Positions 14,451 through 27,449 of a stretch of 64,000 nt of DNA are shown here, piece after piece. The stretch is from Iphione sp. A-MEVVRFRX5 (taxonomy: Eukaryota), in the NCBI GenBank assembly GCA_976226885.1, contig OZ320313.1, forward strand, positions 115,320,001-115,384,000, in the 5' to 3' direction. Made by a program: the position numbers and the translations under genes. Within the stretch, counting starts at the first letter, position 1. Each line of letters opens with the position of its first letter. Below the pieces are notes generated by a model. It made no database searches, was not told where the DNA came from, and saw only the letters and a list, made by a program, of their open reading frames with translations.

Positions 14451-14579
14451 TTGAGGTCTCAGGCTGACAGACGTTCTTGGTAGGTGATGGAAAGACGGGA
14501 GCCTGCCAGAGCAGAGGGGGCGGAAAGGTTGTCGGCAGCAACCCCCCCTTCATTATTAGTGGACGTCAGGTACCGACGC

Positions 14580-15160
14580 CCGCGGGCGGAGAAGGGGGCG
14601 GGAGCAATCATTAATCATGCTGCCCAAGTGGTCTGCCCCTTATTCCAGGCAGCCCACCATTGTGACCGGCGGTCAAGCGGCCTCCTGCTCTTGGGTCAGC
14701 GCATTGTGCCCTATGGGTCCTGCTCCACTGGGCCGAACGAACACTCATCAACGGCCGACAAAAACTCCGATGCCGTCCAGCGATGAAGCAGTCCTAAATG
14801 GAGGCCCCCTTCTGCTTTCTGGTCTGTCGCCGCCCAGCACAGCTGGATCTACATCCGCTAGAGGTCAGTCTCAGGGGGGTGTCTGCCGAGACGGGTGCAC
14901 ATCAAAGCCAAATGGAGATCTTTGAATATGGCTGTATTGCACTTGAGGGATCCCGCATGTCGGGATTAATACTACTTTTGAACCGTCAGAAGAATAACCC
15001 ATGGCCTTGTTAGTAGTAGATTCACATGGTAATTCGAAGACTTGCCGGGCATCGAACAGGATTCTTGCTGACCAGTCCTTCAAACTTACGTTCTTGCTTG
15101 AGTAATCAAAAAGGACTGGATAGAAGCCGCATTCTTTCAAAATATAACTTACCAATGGAC
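14580..15160 (-). mobile_element. LINE RT relic (domains 3-7)
   Basis: VLFDYSS, GYSSDGSKVV (cf. SYL.DR.Q.V), TCGIPQ (cf. TCGVPQG), LADVD (cf. FADDT) and HLGSMIND (cf. YLG..ID) in order. Confidence 0.45.
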
Positions 15161-15879
15161 GTACTGCTTATGTGTGTATATCACACGCTAAATAATCAAA
15201 ATCGATCACAATTTATTATGTTCTTATGTTTCTGCTGTTTTTTATTTAATCATTGTCATTTGCTTCTCTATAAGACCAATCTTTATTTCATTATTAGACC
15301 TGTCACTTCGACTAACAATTTGTATGTTCAGAAATGAAAGCAATACGATCAAATTAAAATATTCTGACGTTTCGTGTAATGTACAGGGAAGCAGCAAAAC
15401 TAACATATGTCTTCAAATTGTACAGAAGGATGAAGTTCCGAAGCAAAGCTACACAAAAAGATCACTTCGTAATGCATTTTTAACATTTTTTTCTTGTAGT
15501 AAAAGATAACGTATTGTTAAAGATCAGTTCTGGCGAGAGGGGCCACCATCCATCAAGGCAGGGAAGCATCAAAGGGAACGCAAGATGAGAGACACCATGA
15601 ATGATAACAAGCACTAGATTAATGGCCGGTGAAAGAAAACTAAGGCCAGAGGTGGTCTAGTCCTCAAAGCCCTCGGGGACATCTACAAACGAGTCCAACG
15701 GGGTAGGTAGGTGGAAGAGGGCAAGCCCTGCCTTGTAGGGGCAGCTGCTGACGACAGGATGTTAGCGAGGTCCAAATAGAAACAAAAGCGAGATGAGAAA
15801 GGAAGAACATCCAAATTGGATTGTCGCCAAGGTGGGCTAGGGGTGGCCGCAGGTGTCTCATTTACTTGGATCAGACACC

Positions 15880-17350
15880 GAGTGTCGGTGGAGGAAACCA
15901 CCTGTCAGAGACAGCAGGGCACCAGGTGTTGACGGCTGCACTTGGCGACAGGCAAGGTTGAAGGGGTATCGTTGGTCAGCTGAGCCTTCCGGACATCCAT
16001 GGCGCAAATTAGGTGAAGGGTCAAAAGATACGCGGAGAAGTAGAGGCGGGAAGAAGACGTATTCTAAGAGAGCAAGGTTGAAGGGGGACAGGATGAGGAA
16101 TGGGGGGATACTAGATGAATAGATGATAAATAGAGGGGGGGGGAAGAATGAAGACAGCTTAGAGGGGGGATGCGCACTGAAGGAATCATGCGGGTTGGTC
16201 AGTAGGAAGGCCTGTAACAATCTATCACTGAGAAGAATGCGGAATGCTCTGCCTAATGAATGATAATAGTTTGTGTAACGGCTACTTTTATTATTTATTT
16301 TCATACAGAGGGCGTTCTATCATTAAGTTCCGTCCATTACCAAAATATGTTACTGTTGACTACTTTTTTTTATTCGAGTCAAGTGGATGCTTGAGGGATA
16401 AATACAGAAAGTTCATCACTGTTGCGTGGGGGGCATCCTCGCGTTGTTCGTTATGGATTCTACTCGTATTATATAGGTTTTTCAATCAATGCGCTTGATT
16501 CATTTAATGTTATCAATCTTTCTAATGCGGGATATAAAGAAGAAGAAAAAATAATCTTGTATCTCCTTGATTTAATACATTATTCACAGTAATATCTCGG
16601 CAGAGGATCTGAAAATCAATAGACCATCATTCTTCAGTCATGCCGGAAATGCGACTCGTTGATCCACTTTATATATCGGTAACACGAGAATATCAATCCC
16701 ATGTTCGCCTAGGGCTGTGAGGAAATCTATATTCTATAGGATTATTCACAGCGTTATCTCTAATGGTCACGAAGAACTACAAATCCGTTTTTCTCAACGG
16801 TAAGGGATGAAGACAGTGAATGACAGAGGGAAAAAAAGACCGGGAAATGGGTTCATTCTTCATTGCTGATCTCATTCAGGGACGACCCCTTGTACTTGCC
16901 CCGTGCCACCTTCATACAGGTTCAAATGTATTTCACGACCATCTGAGCATGGCCATATCGACTATCCCCTGGCAGCCATAACATTCCTCATTCTTATCTT
17001 ATCTAGCCATGTTACTTCTTTCTAAGGTGAAATAAAGACCGGAGGCAAAGGCTGCTGTCAGGCTCCGACATAGACACCAGCAGGATGAAAAGACGAGTTA
17101 TATTGGTACGGCAATCCGGACAGACACAAATCCCTCTTTCCAAAAGCTTTGAAATAAAACCGACTTTGACCTGGTCGAAAGAGGTATTGAGAAAATTATT
17201 TGATGCCCATTCTGTTGTTAATAGTCATCTAGCTTGTTTTGTATACACATTACATATTTCCAGAACAAAGGAGTACTTCCGTCCTTTTTTGCATGGCTTC
17301 ACATCTGAGAGAGGGAAAAAACCAAACCCTTTCATGTGTTATTAATTATG
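15880..17350 (+). mobile_element. LINE RT relic (fragmentary)
   Basis: SRAPGVDG (about 15912; cf. KAPGPDG), RPVT (about 16210) and KPTLTWSKEV (about 17160; cf. D.KLTW..HV). The intervening motifs are weak. Confidence 0.33.
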
Positions 17351-18320
17351 AATAAATACCACTCTTCAGTCGACCACGAGTGGTGCATATACATCAGATG
17401 CAAAGACTTTGAGTTAGGGGGAGGGGAATTCGGTAAATAACTCAGAAAGTCACGAATGATAACTGTATGTGAAAACTACACGTGTTGTTGCTTTCCATAG
17501 GCGATAGCATAACATGTACGCGAATGGTCGCATTTTCATGATGGATTTAGAGAGTAAGTCCTCAAGGCACTGTTTACTAATAGCACCGTATGGGGAAAAT
17601 TTCAGCAAAGAAAACAAACGAAAGACAGGATTAGAAACATTACACAGAGAGGAGAGTTCAAAGCGGTCATCTTTTAATTAACATTCATTTCAGCAGTCTG
17701 AGAGTCATTCTAGAGAATTTCTTGGAAATATTGTTCCCCAGCATTGATTATAGAATTACGTTTCTCTTCTGCAATTGCATTCATAATACATTCGATTTTG
17801 TTTTCTCTTTAAAAACACAATTAACTTCCTGTTTCTTTCAACAATACATAGAGCCTTCACTTCACATACATAGAGACAGAAAAATAAAAAAGGATGGGAA
17901 CATCAACAGATAATTCTTTGTGTGTGAGGACGTAAAAGAGCTTCCAAGTAGCAATGGCGGTACGGATCATGTTTCAGAGCATCAAGTATTCACTTCGGCC
18001 TCCTCGTTTGAAAAGCATCCGGTTATTGGGCCCGGAGATGATTTACTCCGTGTAATTATCATTGACATAAAAATCAAAGAACACATCCCCGCTGGAATGA
18101 TTCTCAGACAGCCGTCGCCACCACCGCCAACCACCGCCGCCGCCACTCGGCCGCCTGTCATCCTACCGATAGGCACAACTCTCCCCCGGACTCTTCACCC
18201 AGGGCATCGCGATCTGCATCCGTCGGTTGGTCGCCGATGTTGGCACTTCCGGTCGGCGGGTCGAGATGCAGCGGTGTCGTGCACAACTTGTTACAGCGCG
18301 CCCTAAATCAATCGTATCTT

Positions 18321-18377
18321 ATTGGGGCGGGGTCGACGGGTTCAGTGGCAGATCGAAACTGATTGGAGTGTATAAAA
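18321..18377 (+). promoter_or_regulatory. Pol II promoter-like cluster (CCAAT, GC box, CCAAT, TATA)
   Basis: ATTGG 18321-25, GGGGCGGGG 18324-32, GATTGG 18361-66 and TATAAAA 18371-77, inside a CpG-rich stretch at about 17990-18520. No downstream gene identified. Confidence 0.3.
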
Positions 18378-18699
18378 TGCCATGACAAGCTGGCATAAAG
18401 CAGGCCAGCGATGTTTCCGACCTACGGCCTGTCGGCCCTACCGCGGCCAATACCTATTTGATGGCAAACAGGATGACAGCGAACAAACCGAAGGAACGTG
18501 AGCGTGGACGGGGTATCATATGCAGACTTGAAAAAAAACACTGAAATGTTCCTATAAACTGCGCTTGTGGATAGAAAAAAAACCCCTGAGATTTGAAGCA
18601 AAATTACTCAAGTTTTTGTACTAAGAGTTGTATGTGTATACGCCAAAAGAGGACATAGGAAGGAAGTACTTTTCAAAGCTATTTATCAACAATGACAGC

Positions 18700-20100
18700 A
18701 TGTTGCCAACTCTCAGCACTGATATTCTCCGCAACCCGGGATCTGATCGCAGCGGGCTTCCAACGCCCTGTCTGGGATGGTCCCTCAGGATCAAGGGTTG
18801 CTTGGTGTCTGAAGAGGGACACCAGCATCTGTCACCTTACATCCATGCTGAAATTTCCTCTCTTGGTCCATGCAAGTGCAGGGGACGGAAATGTGCGAGA
18901 ATCCAAGAGAGTTCACTTTATAGGTAATACATCCTCTATGTTATGGCACCCCAGAAAGGAAAACTCGGGTTACTAATTAATAGTGAACAACTCTCGGAAC
19001 ATTAGGTATCGCCACACATCAATGCGTTTCTCTGTTGCATCCGTGTTGTCACTGGCCATTTTCTACACTCAAGAGAATTAGGTGTCTATTTTAAGATACA
19101 TGTAATTGTCTCTGAGGCACTGTACGGTTGCCTTTATCTTCCAGGTCCATTGAGGCGGTAGTTGTACGATACTCGACACCGATGCTTTCAGGATGCTCAG
19201 TATGACAACACCGCTGTGCACAATGAACTGACCTGCAATGAAAGGGATGCCCAAAATTTAATTACACCTTCCGCAACCGGGGACTCGGGCGCTGACGTCA
19301 GTAACACGTGACTAGGGCTCAGTAATGGACTGGCGGGCAGTAGTTGGTGCTGTCATCTGGTGTTTCTCTCCAGAGAAGTAGGGTTATTGGGTGGGTGGGT
19401 GATCCAGTAACACTGATGTCTCATTCGTAATAACATTGATGGTGCGCATCCCCAAGGCTATTCGCACCCTTTCCTTTCCATCATTTACACTACCTCTGAC
19501 TTAGGAGGGATGAACGTGCGGGCGGACAGAGGTAATGATTGATATATGCGCCATTCAACCCATAGCCTGCTCCCGACAGTACCCAATTGATGCGACCATT
19601 TCTCGCCGATAGAAGGAAGTTCGCATCGTTAACCATCATAAAAAGCCATGAGCCCGGATCCGAAGGTTGATGGCATACCCTCTGCAGCTTTTTGCCTCTG
19701 GCCAGCTACCTCCAACAAGGAACGTTTGTCCAACGAGAAAGCCATCGCTGCAGGACTAGACGACCATAGCAGCAAATACATGCATTCAGCACCGAAACCA
19801 TTTTCACAACACCCGACACACTCCTTTATACCATTCGCATTAGGATTTCACGAAGAACAAACAGCTATTTTTGCCTACAATTTCCCTGGTTATCCTAGTG
19901 GCCTTTGGTTTGTGTATAGATCGTGATTTCTCTTACATGGTAGCCTCATAAGTACCTGCGTTGAAGAGATAAAAGGTCACAATGTATTGAAATTAAATTA
20001 AACTTTTCTTTTCATGCGTCTAAATAAAATGCTACAGTACATACTCTGCTGCCAATTTTCTGGAGGAAGGTACGGTGACATAAAATCTCGAAACAGCAAA
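18700..20100 (+). mobile_element. CR1-group LINE RT relic
   Basis: NPGSD..., HLSPYI..SSLG, HPRK, ILDTDAF (cf. LD.SKAFD), SGVSLQ..VIG (cf. SGVPQGSVLG), PRLFAP (cf. RLFADD) and AANF (cf. AARF) in order. Confidence 0.48.
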
Positions 20101-20271
20101 AACTCTTTTCATCTCAAATTTGAATCTATCCAAATAAGCTTTTTCTGTTTCTCATGAAAACAGACGGATGGTCTTCAAATATTACAACAAGGCCGGAATA
20201 TCTCCATCGCAATAAAATGTCACATAGGCCCCTTAATTGACATATTGGACAACAGGTTGCATAGAACGTAA

Positions 20272-20405
20272 TACATTGTAGACTAATTACGACCACCACT
20301 TGGGACCATCGTTCAATATAGAAATCAATACTTTGGTCTAAGTTAAAATGGCCATAAATTTGATTTGGTCACAAATAGCAGTGGTCACAAATAGTTTCCA
20401 CTGTA
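20272..20405. mobile_element. MITE with TA flanks and CAGT...ACTG-type termini (Tc1/mariner-pogo-like)
   Basis: Left end tacattgtagactaattacgaccacc matches the reverse complement of the right end (tacagtggaaactatttgtgaccact). Internal GACCA/TGGTC sub-repeats. Confidence 0.6.
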
Positions 20406-20499
20406 GGTCAAGAGACAAACGTCATCATCAGGACTGTGAACATTACCCTTTCTTTCGTTGTAATCAATATCTAGAAGGGGACACATGAGCATACTGGTA

Positions 20500-21000
20500 A
20501 TAACATCTTTATTAGGAATAAAAGAAGGGCCAGTCGACACACTTTTTCATAGCTTTGAATGGTCGTCGTTCTCTGAAATTATCTCGGATAAATGAGAATT
20601 TATGTGGGTTTAGGGGCTGATAATCTAAAGTACATGGCATGCAGACAACATCCTTCAAGGAGACTAACTCCATAAGGCAGGGACGCCTGCTTGGCCGAGC
20701 CATGAAAATTCCTATAAGGTGTTGATCATTCCGTAGCATTATTCTCCAATAAGAGCACCTTGAACAAACATATTTAAAGCTATTACTGGGTTATCTTGAA
20801 GCATGTGCATTACAACTTGTGCAAAAATTAAGGATTAACTGCGTAGTTATGTAGCCAGTACATACTGACCAAGGGGAACCTGTAGAACTAATGGTATAAA
20901 AAGTTACCATTTATTGAGGAGTAAATAGAATACACAAGAACAATGACAAGGTTAACTTAACCAGCATAAAATTAAATGTCATATACGGGTGGGTTGTAAG
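20500..21000 (-). mobile_element. LINE RT relic (domains 1-3)
   Basis: YRFPLVS (cf. YRPISLTS), NDQHLIGIF..RRPCLMEL (cf. QHGF...RSC.TQL) and FKAMKKCVDW (cf. F.KAFD.V.H) in order. Confidence 0.4.
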
Positions 21001-21989
21001 AGCCTTAGAATGTAGCTGCATGCCATTTCGTCCCCGACAGTCTTCCCTAATACCAGATCAATTAAGCCACTGAGGGCCTAAGCAGTAGCACGCCACAGAG
21101 GGTGGGTCTTCATACTGGTATATCTTCTGAACCAGCAGAACTTGTCCTCACCTTCTGTCAAAGAAAGAGAGGAATCCCAATCGCGTGCTTAGCGCCATTA
21201 AAGTCCGAACTGAGGCAGATACGTCGACAATGAGAAGGGACTGTCCTGGAATCGACTTATCGCTGTCCGCACCCCTCCCAGGCCACTACTCTCACAGGCA
21301 AAGGAGACAGTCGCAACCCTTTTCTCTTCACCTCTGAATAAATGGACGATCTCCGCCTTCGGGATCTATGTCTCAATTAGAGCTACTGAAAAACCGGATG
21401 GCATCGCCTTGAACGCGAACAGATGTTTCCCGTGGGCTGCAGGGTCCTTTTGATCGAGCCCCAACCAGTGTGCATTTTCAAGTCTTTCTTTCTCCGCCTT
21501 TCCCATTTCCTCCAGGGTTGAAGTGGAAATTCGTGAGTCTGGTATGAATCGATCCCGTGGCCCTGCCAGGTCGGGTGGTTGACTGCGTCTGGTTAGGAGG
21601 TAGATCAATCAAAGTCCCACTTTTCGCCTACTTTTAGAAGACGACGAGGAGCTGAGCCAAAATAGAGCGAGTGTGAAGACAAGGAAGATAAGAAGACGAA
21701 TAGCGGGGCAGTGATGATAGGATGTAAGCCTGGGGAAATTGGTGTGTGCTACGGGCCCGTTTGTCATCTTAAATCACTTCAGACGAAAAGAAATATGCAT
21801 CTGTCAAAAGGCTGGCTAATAAAACGGGAAATGTAGGGGTCACTTCTGGCAGGAATCGAGGTAGAGTCCCCCTTGCTATAATTTCCCACCAGCTCCAAGA
21901 ACTGGCTGAGACGGACGGTGCGAGGCAGCATGTAGGTGTATGCATATAACTGGCGTAGAACAGAGATTATTTGTTCTATTGCTCTTTCC

Positions 21990-22500
21990 TTTCAACATCT
22001 CAAGCCTTTGATCTATCGTATGCACCAATAGGGGACGACAGTTTGCATCCACTTATAGACCACTCTCTGACGTCAGAACAGTAATGGTGAGCATGTCCGT
22101 GCCAGTTTTTTTTCTATCGCTTTATGTATCGGTTGGGGTGGCGATGGCGAAGACAAGTAGTGGATAGCCCTGGCAGATAGGCAATGCGGGTACCTACAGT
22201 CAGTGTGCAGCCAGCAATCAATCAAACACTACAATCGTGCAGTGGATTACCTAGACTTTCCTTTTATTAGAAGAAACCCCCAAGCTATGCAATCTGTAGC
22301 GAATTTACCTGAGCTGCATTACTGCCCAGGCTCATTTTCATCCACTGGACAAGAAATATAGCCACTCCCTCAGCTTGTGCAAATCATTCACATCAGAAGG
22401 TAGAATGGAATACTGGATGATGGGTGTATTACTTAACGGCGGGGAGGTAGCTTCGAGTTAGAAAGTGTCAGCTATTAAAGAGCGAAGTGAACACAATGAG
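21990..22500 (-). mobile_element. LINE RT relic (domains 5-7)
   Basis: RSLIADT (cf. RLFADDT), NDLHKLREW (cf. Q.DL..L.EW) and SLGNPLHD (cf. YLGV.LD) in order. Confidence 0.4.
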
Positions 22501-22567
22501 CGCCTAGTATAACACTTTACTCTGTTGTGCTGGTTAATGATAAAGAATGTCTCTTTTTTGTAATAAC

Positions 22568-22715
22568 GAAATCAAGACAGGTGGTATTCTTGAAAATATT
22601 TCACAACAAACGTAACAGACGTACGTAAACCATATAAAAATAATGAAATCAAGACATGTGGCATTGATGAAAACATTTCACATCGAAAGTAGCAGACATG
22701 AAATAAACATATGAA
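22568..22715. repeat. Diverged 77-bp tandem duplication
   Basis: gaaatcaagacaggtggtattcttgaaaatatttcaca... at 22568 versus gaaatcaagacatgtggcattgatgaaaacatttcaca... at 22645. Confidence 0.85.
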
Positions 22716-23623
22716 ATAAATATATAATGTGAACGTGATGAGTCAGATAATTGCCTCAAATGGAAAACATGTCTCAAACAGTTGTCTGTCAGATAGATTT
22801 TGTGCTGTCATAAAAAAAAAATTCAGCTCTTGTCGCAGAGTAGTCGACTTGTAATTGTACTGCATATTTACAGGGAACACGTCCGTTGATTTGCTCGGAT
22901 GTAGCACTTCAGGGGAATATTAACCGTCATCATGCAGACAGCCTACAGTTTATCTAATATTCCTGACGGCCGTCGAATACTACGAGTCACGGCCTGAAAG
23001 AACGACGTCTGCGTAGTTATGTTGCTTTGCATGTCTGAAGCATTCCATTCAATTTATAGCAAATTGCTATACGAGTACTACCCGCAGAAAATATGACATA
23101 GTACCTGCGCTGACGTTATTTCTGTGATCGGAGCATTGGTGTTTGTAGACTATTATCTTGACCGAGAGTTTTTCAGTTCAGACTGCGTGTATACTTTAAC
23201 AGCTAAATGAGACGGAAATAACACATTTACATAGGCAAGGTGTAACAAAGAGCACGTGTGTGTCAGCACGGAAAGAAAGAGAATAGATTGGCCTGCCAAC
23301 TCTCAGTGAAGGATGGGAAAGGAGGGCGAGGCAGTTGGTGTTGGCCGTAATTATACGAACGAAGCAAAGAAACTTCATATCGTTCAGCCTCCAAACTTTA
23401 TATCATGCAGCCTTTATATGTGCAGCCCCATTATATGTTCCAAAGCCACTGTCGGAACTAGTTAGCAAGTCTGTGCATTACCACAGTATCAATGTGCGGA
23501 ATAGCCTTAAATTGATCCAATGCTGAGGAGTGCAGAAACCATGCAGGAGTTTAGATTGCTATCTAGATTCATTATTTATGGACAGCCATCAATTGTAAAA
23601 CTGTATACATGAGAGTATTATTG

Positions 23624-23811
23624 TACAGTGGCAACCCAGTTAATGGGCAACTCGACTATGTGACCATCTCGCCATTGCAATCACTTTCAGATGGTCCCAA
23701 TGACAGCTTTAGTATATAAAATGCATTCAAAAAAGAGGACTACCTCACAGACGGGACCACTTTCATTTGGTCGCTTATATTAGATGGTCGCATCGGCGAG
23801 TTGCTACGATA
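23624..23811. mobile_element. MITE, same family as 20272-20405
   Basis: Left end tacagtggcaaccc versus reverse complement of right end tatcgtagcaactc. Internal GACCA/TGGTC sub-repeats. Confidence 0.6.
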
Positions 23812-24395
23812 TTCAACTCTTTTTACATTTCATATCTATGAATTAATAATTTCTTAATTTGTGCTCTCTAGACCTCTAACGTCAATGGTTCATCTTCATA
23901 TAAAAGTCAATGGTATAAGGGATGATGCATCAAATATAGGCTGTGTATAAATGAAATAGGTATTTTTCAGTATACGTGTACTGAATAGCACCTGATGTTG
24001 CTCAACTGCGTTATGCTATTATTCCTCTCCACGGAGGTTTTATACTTCGCAATATGCAGTTTCAACAGCATTATTTGTAGTTACCTTCCTTGTAATACAG
24101 GGATTCATTATCATTGATCCAAACTTCTTATTTACTTGTTGGCACTATAAACCTGATGCTTGCATGTACTTCATAAATCCTATTCTCCCGCCAAGAACAA
24201 TATGTATTTAATCCTCTCAAAATGGAGCTTCTCTGTCCGACTTGATTCCTTATCCGGATGGATTGTCACGCTACACACTGGCAATTTCTCTACTTTTATG
24301 TAGATATTATCCGAGTGTTTCTTTATCCGAAGGAGATAAGGAGAAACAGAGAGTGAGACATCTACAGCTGCATCTTTGGCCTGTACATTTACTAA

Positions 24396-24470
24396 TACAG
24401 TCAAAACTCTATTTAAGACCACTCCGATTTGCGACCATTCTTGCTTTTAAGACCATCTGGTGGGATCAAA
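24396..24470. mobile_element. MITE 5' half (same family)
   Basis: tacagtcaaaactctatttaagaccact...gcgacca...aagacca. No matching right end seen. Confidence 0.5.
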
Positions 24471-24769
24471 GCTATTGATCTCTATGATTATTATTTATCT
24501 GCATAAAATGAGCATTGTACTGTACAATTTGTAACCTTGCCAGTCATGGCTTTATATACTACGAAGTAATGGCCATTGCAGTTGATAGTAATAGGATTCC
24601 GTCTACAATATATGCTAGGGATTCTTTATGAAAATAGGGGACGTTAATTTCCACTGATGTGATTTAATATTGGCCAAGTGACAGGCAAGCCCTGTAGCAC
24701 ATTTAGTGTGATTGTATTTCCCTCGCACATGATGTACTTCAGAACTCCATACGTATACATGTACACAAG

Positions 24770-26000
24770 GCAGACCCAATATCAGACGATTTCAATGTCA
24801 TCCTAAAGGCTACGGCAGAATCCACAGCGAGAATTGGCTTTCAATTTCATTTCACATGATGAGAAAAATTCTCAAGTTTCAGCGCACAGTGATTAAATGT
24901 TAACTGAGGTACAGATATATTCTGAGCGTATTACTGTTCTCAGTCCAAACATTTCTTTTCCAGTGATGAGTTTGTAGTCTGCTTTGTCGTCCAGGTGAAA
25001 AAAAGTGGTCCACCCGCAAGCTTCTGTTTTGTCTCGGTCGCGTATTTCAATATTTCTAATTATTGACACTAATGCCAGCAAACACGCACCCACACCGTGG
25101 AAACTGACGTCTGCCACCATTTTCCCCTTTTCCTGATTGCTTGTAGCCGCGACAGTTCGATGGTGCCACCTACCGGTCATCCGGACATGCACGCCCTATC
25201 ACTTATATCCCATTACATCGCATGGTACAAAGTATTCCCATTTGTGAGGGCCCCACCCTTGCCATGCCAGCAGCCAGGGACACCATCAATTCCCGACCAC
25301 CGCTGCCCGCCGACCGGCTAAAAAAAAGTAAGCAGAACACGCGCCGCCAGACACTACTGGTGGGCAGGTTGCCTGGTAACTTGTTACCTTTTCCCCCCAT
25401 GGCCGCCTATTTTGATGTGAGGCTGCGGTCCTCCATCCGCCCCGATGGAGGATGGCTTATCGTGCCAAGGTGTCATCTCCATCAATTAAGTATGCTGCCG
25501 AAGCAGACCCACGGACAGCCAGATCTCGTCCGCCACTGCCCACTGCTCAGATCCTGGTTAGAAACGAGTGGTGGGCAGGAAAAAAACACACATGGCATAC
25601 GGCCAAGTGCCAGGTTGAACTAGTCTAGACATCCTTAAGGCAACTGCTTATGAGCATTATACGATAGTGAGGAATAAAGGACTTTTCATAACGGTTTGCT
25701 TTTCAACATAGATGCAAGAAGTCGATGAGAGATAATTTGATACCTGCATCCGGGGTAAAAGTAGGTTGCTGGTGCCGTTCCAAATACTTCTTTTCTCCCT
25801 GGCTTACACCATGTGGGTCTAATGATTGAGAGCCCTAAGCGGTTACCAACTGGTGATGGGGTGTCTGGAAGGTCGAGATGATTGCTGAGGGCCAAGGAAG
25901 AAGTGGGTTGGAGTTTGGGATGGTCTCAGTAGACACAGACTCCATAGGACTACAACGGTCCACTATAAAATCTGTCGACATCCTGTCTAAGATTTCCGAT
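24770..26000 (-). mobile_element. Decayed Ty3/gypsy pol (RT and RNase H)
   Basis: In order: GVCVY*D (cf. CVDYR), GCRYQII (cf. SGY.QI), GRMPC (cf. RMPFG), YLIDGDD (cf. YxDD), KWEYF...VMGY (cf. KC.F..LG), ADVSFHGVGACL (cf. TDAS..GVGAVL), KEMFG, NHCALK (cf. DH.AL) and LWIL...DIEIV. Confidence 0.65.
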
Positions 26001-27449
26001 TAACCTTCGCTTTGGGGTCGGTTTATTTCGCGAAAAACCGGAAATACCAAGCGTTCGCCTGGTGGAGCGTTGGTTTCGTTTCTTATTCTTTCTTTCGTTC
26101 CGTCTCAGATTCCAAGGCATGAGAAACGTACGCCCACGTACTCGTAGACATTACAATGATTACACCAACGTGAATAGGAATGTAAGGAATTACTAGATAG
26201 ATTTCTACCCACATACAAACCAGGTTGGATGTTCATCGATTGGAAGGACAAAGGAGAATACTTATCTGTGGTTGGAAAGGAGGGGGACTGGAACTCAACA
26301 CTCACCTGAAATAAAAGCAGGACAAGTCATCTGATTAGAGTAAAATCGTGACAGGATGTATCTTGAAATAAAAGACCATGTATCATGCGTAGGAGGAAAG
26401 CCAATGGATCATTCAGAATATTGGTTCTTTTGTTCACATATCCACAGGTGCGTGTTTGTTTGCTTTGCCGTACAAACAAGAGAGGAAAAATGTGAGGCTA
26501 AGATCGTGTATATATAGTCCCTACTGAACCATTAATAAATGTCATGGGATAAAAGGAAGACAAAAACAATTACAGTCAACATGATGCAAAATGGGACCAA
26601 TTCTTATTTTGAAATGGGCCGATAAAGATGACTTCATATACATGTATTTACAACAAGATATGTTGATGCATTCACAAAGGTTTAAAGACAAACCTTATTT
26701 ATGAGAAAAATAGCTCACAGACACAGCTATGTAGATAGCCGCTTAGTTACTCGAGTTACTGGAGAAGTTCCAAGGGAACATGTTAAACAATGGGTGGCAG
26801 GTGGTTTAGGTGCCCACCTTATGGATGAATGTCGGCCAGAGCATTTGGAGAGTGGATTGGCGCCATCTTGAGGGCCAGAGGAGTAGTGTAACTGCAGGTG
26901 TATGTTTGTGTGTGGATAGGGCCGTAGGCGTGGTACTGAGCATTGAGAAAGCAAGACGGGAGCGCCAGGGAGTTGCTCACAAGAGATACACCTGAAGTGA
27001 TACACGTACACAACCACCCGCCCCGCCCCACCGTCTCAACCCGCTCTCTCCCTCGGGTATACCCGCAAGCCAGTGTTTATTTTGAGGCGTGCCGCCACTA
27101 TTGGAGTCACGTGACCAACCTGTTAGTCGAACAGAGGAGGTGTATCCTATTGGACCACAACACAGGCGGCAATGTCAACGAATAGCCATGGGCCTGAATA
27201 GAGCAAATCAAAACAATATGGGTGGCGTTCTAAATGGATGCTCTCATCGCGAGGCTCCCCTCCATTAACATGTGCTCTTATACCGAACAGAAAGTACGTA
27301 GAAAGCATGGCCACGTTCTTTACATTTTTCCCCTTTTCAAAGGTGTTGTACATGGGTGTCTCTGGTGCCTGCCTAGTACGTTGGGATCGGAGATGTTATG
27401 TTTATTTGATATTGGAAACATGAATGTTTAATGCATAGGGTGAAAGCTG

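Noticed and set aside
15900-15960. Group II intron RT (APGVDG motif)
   Set aside because: The motif is shared with LINE RT domain 0. There is no intron RNA structure or YADD-containing ORF, and downstream motifs are LINE-like.
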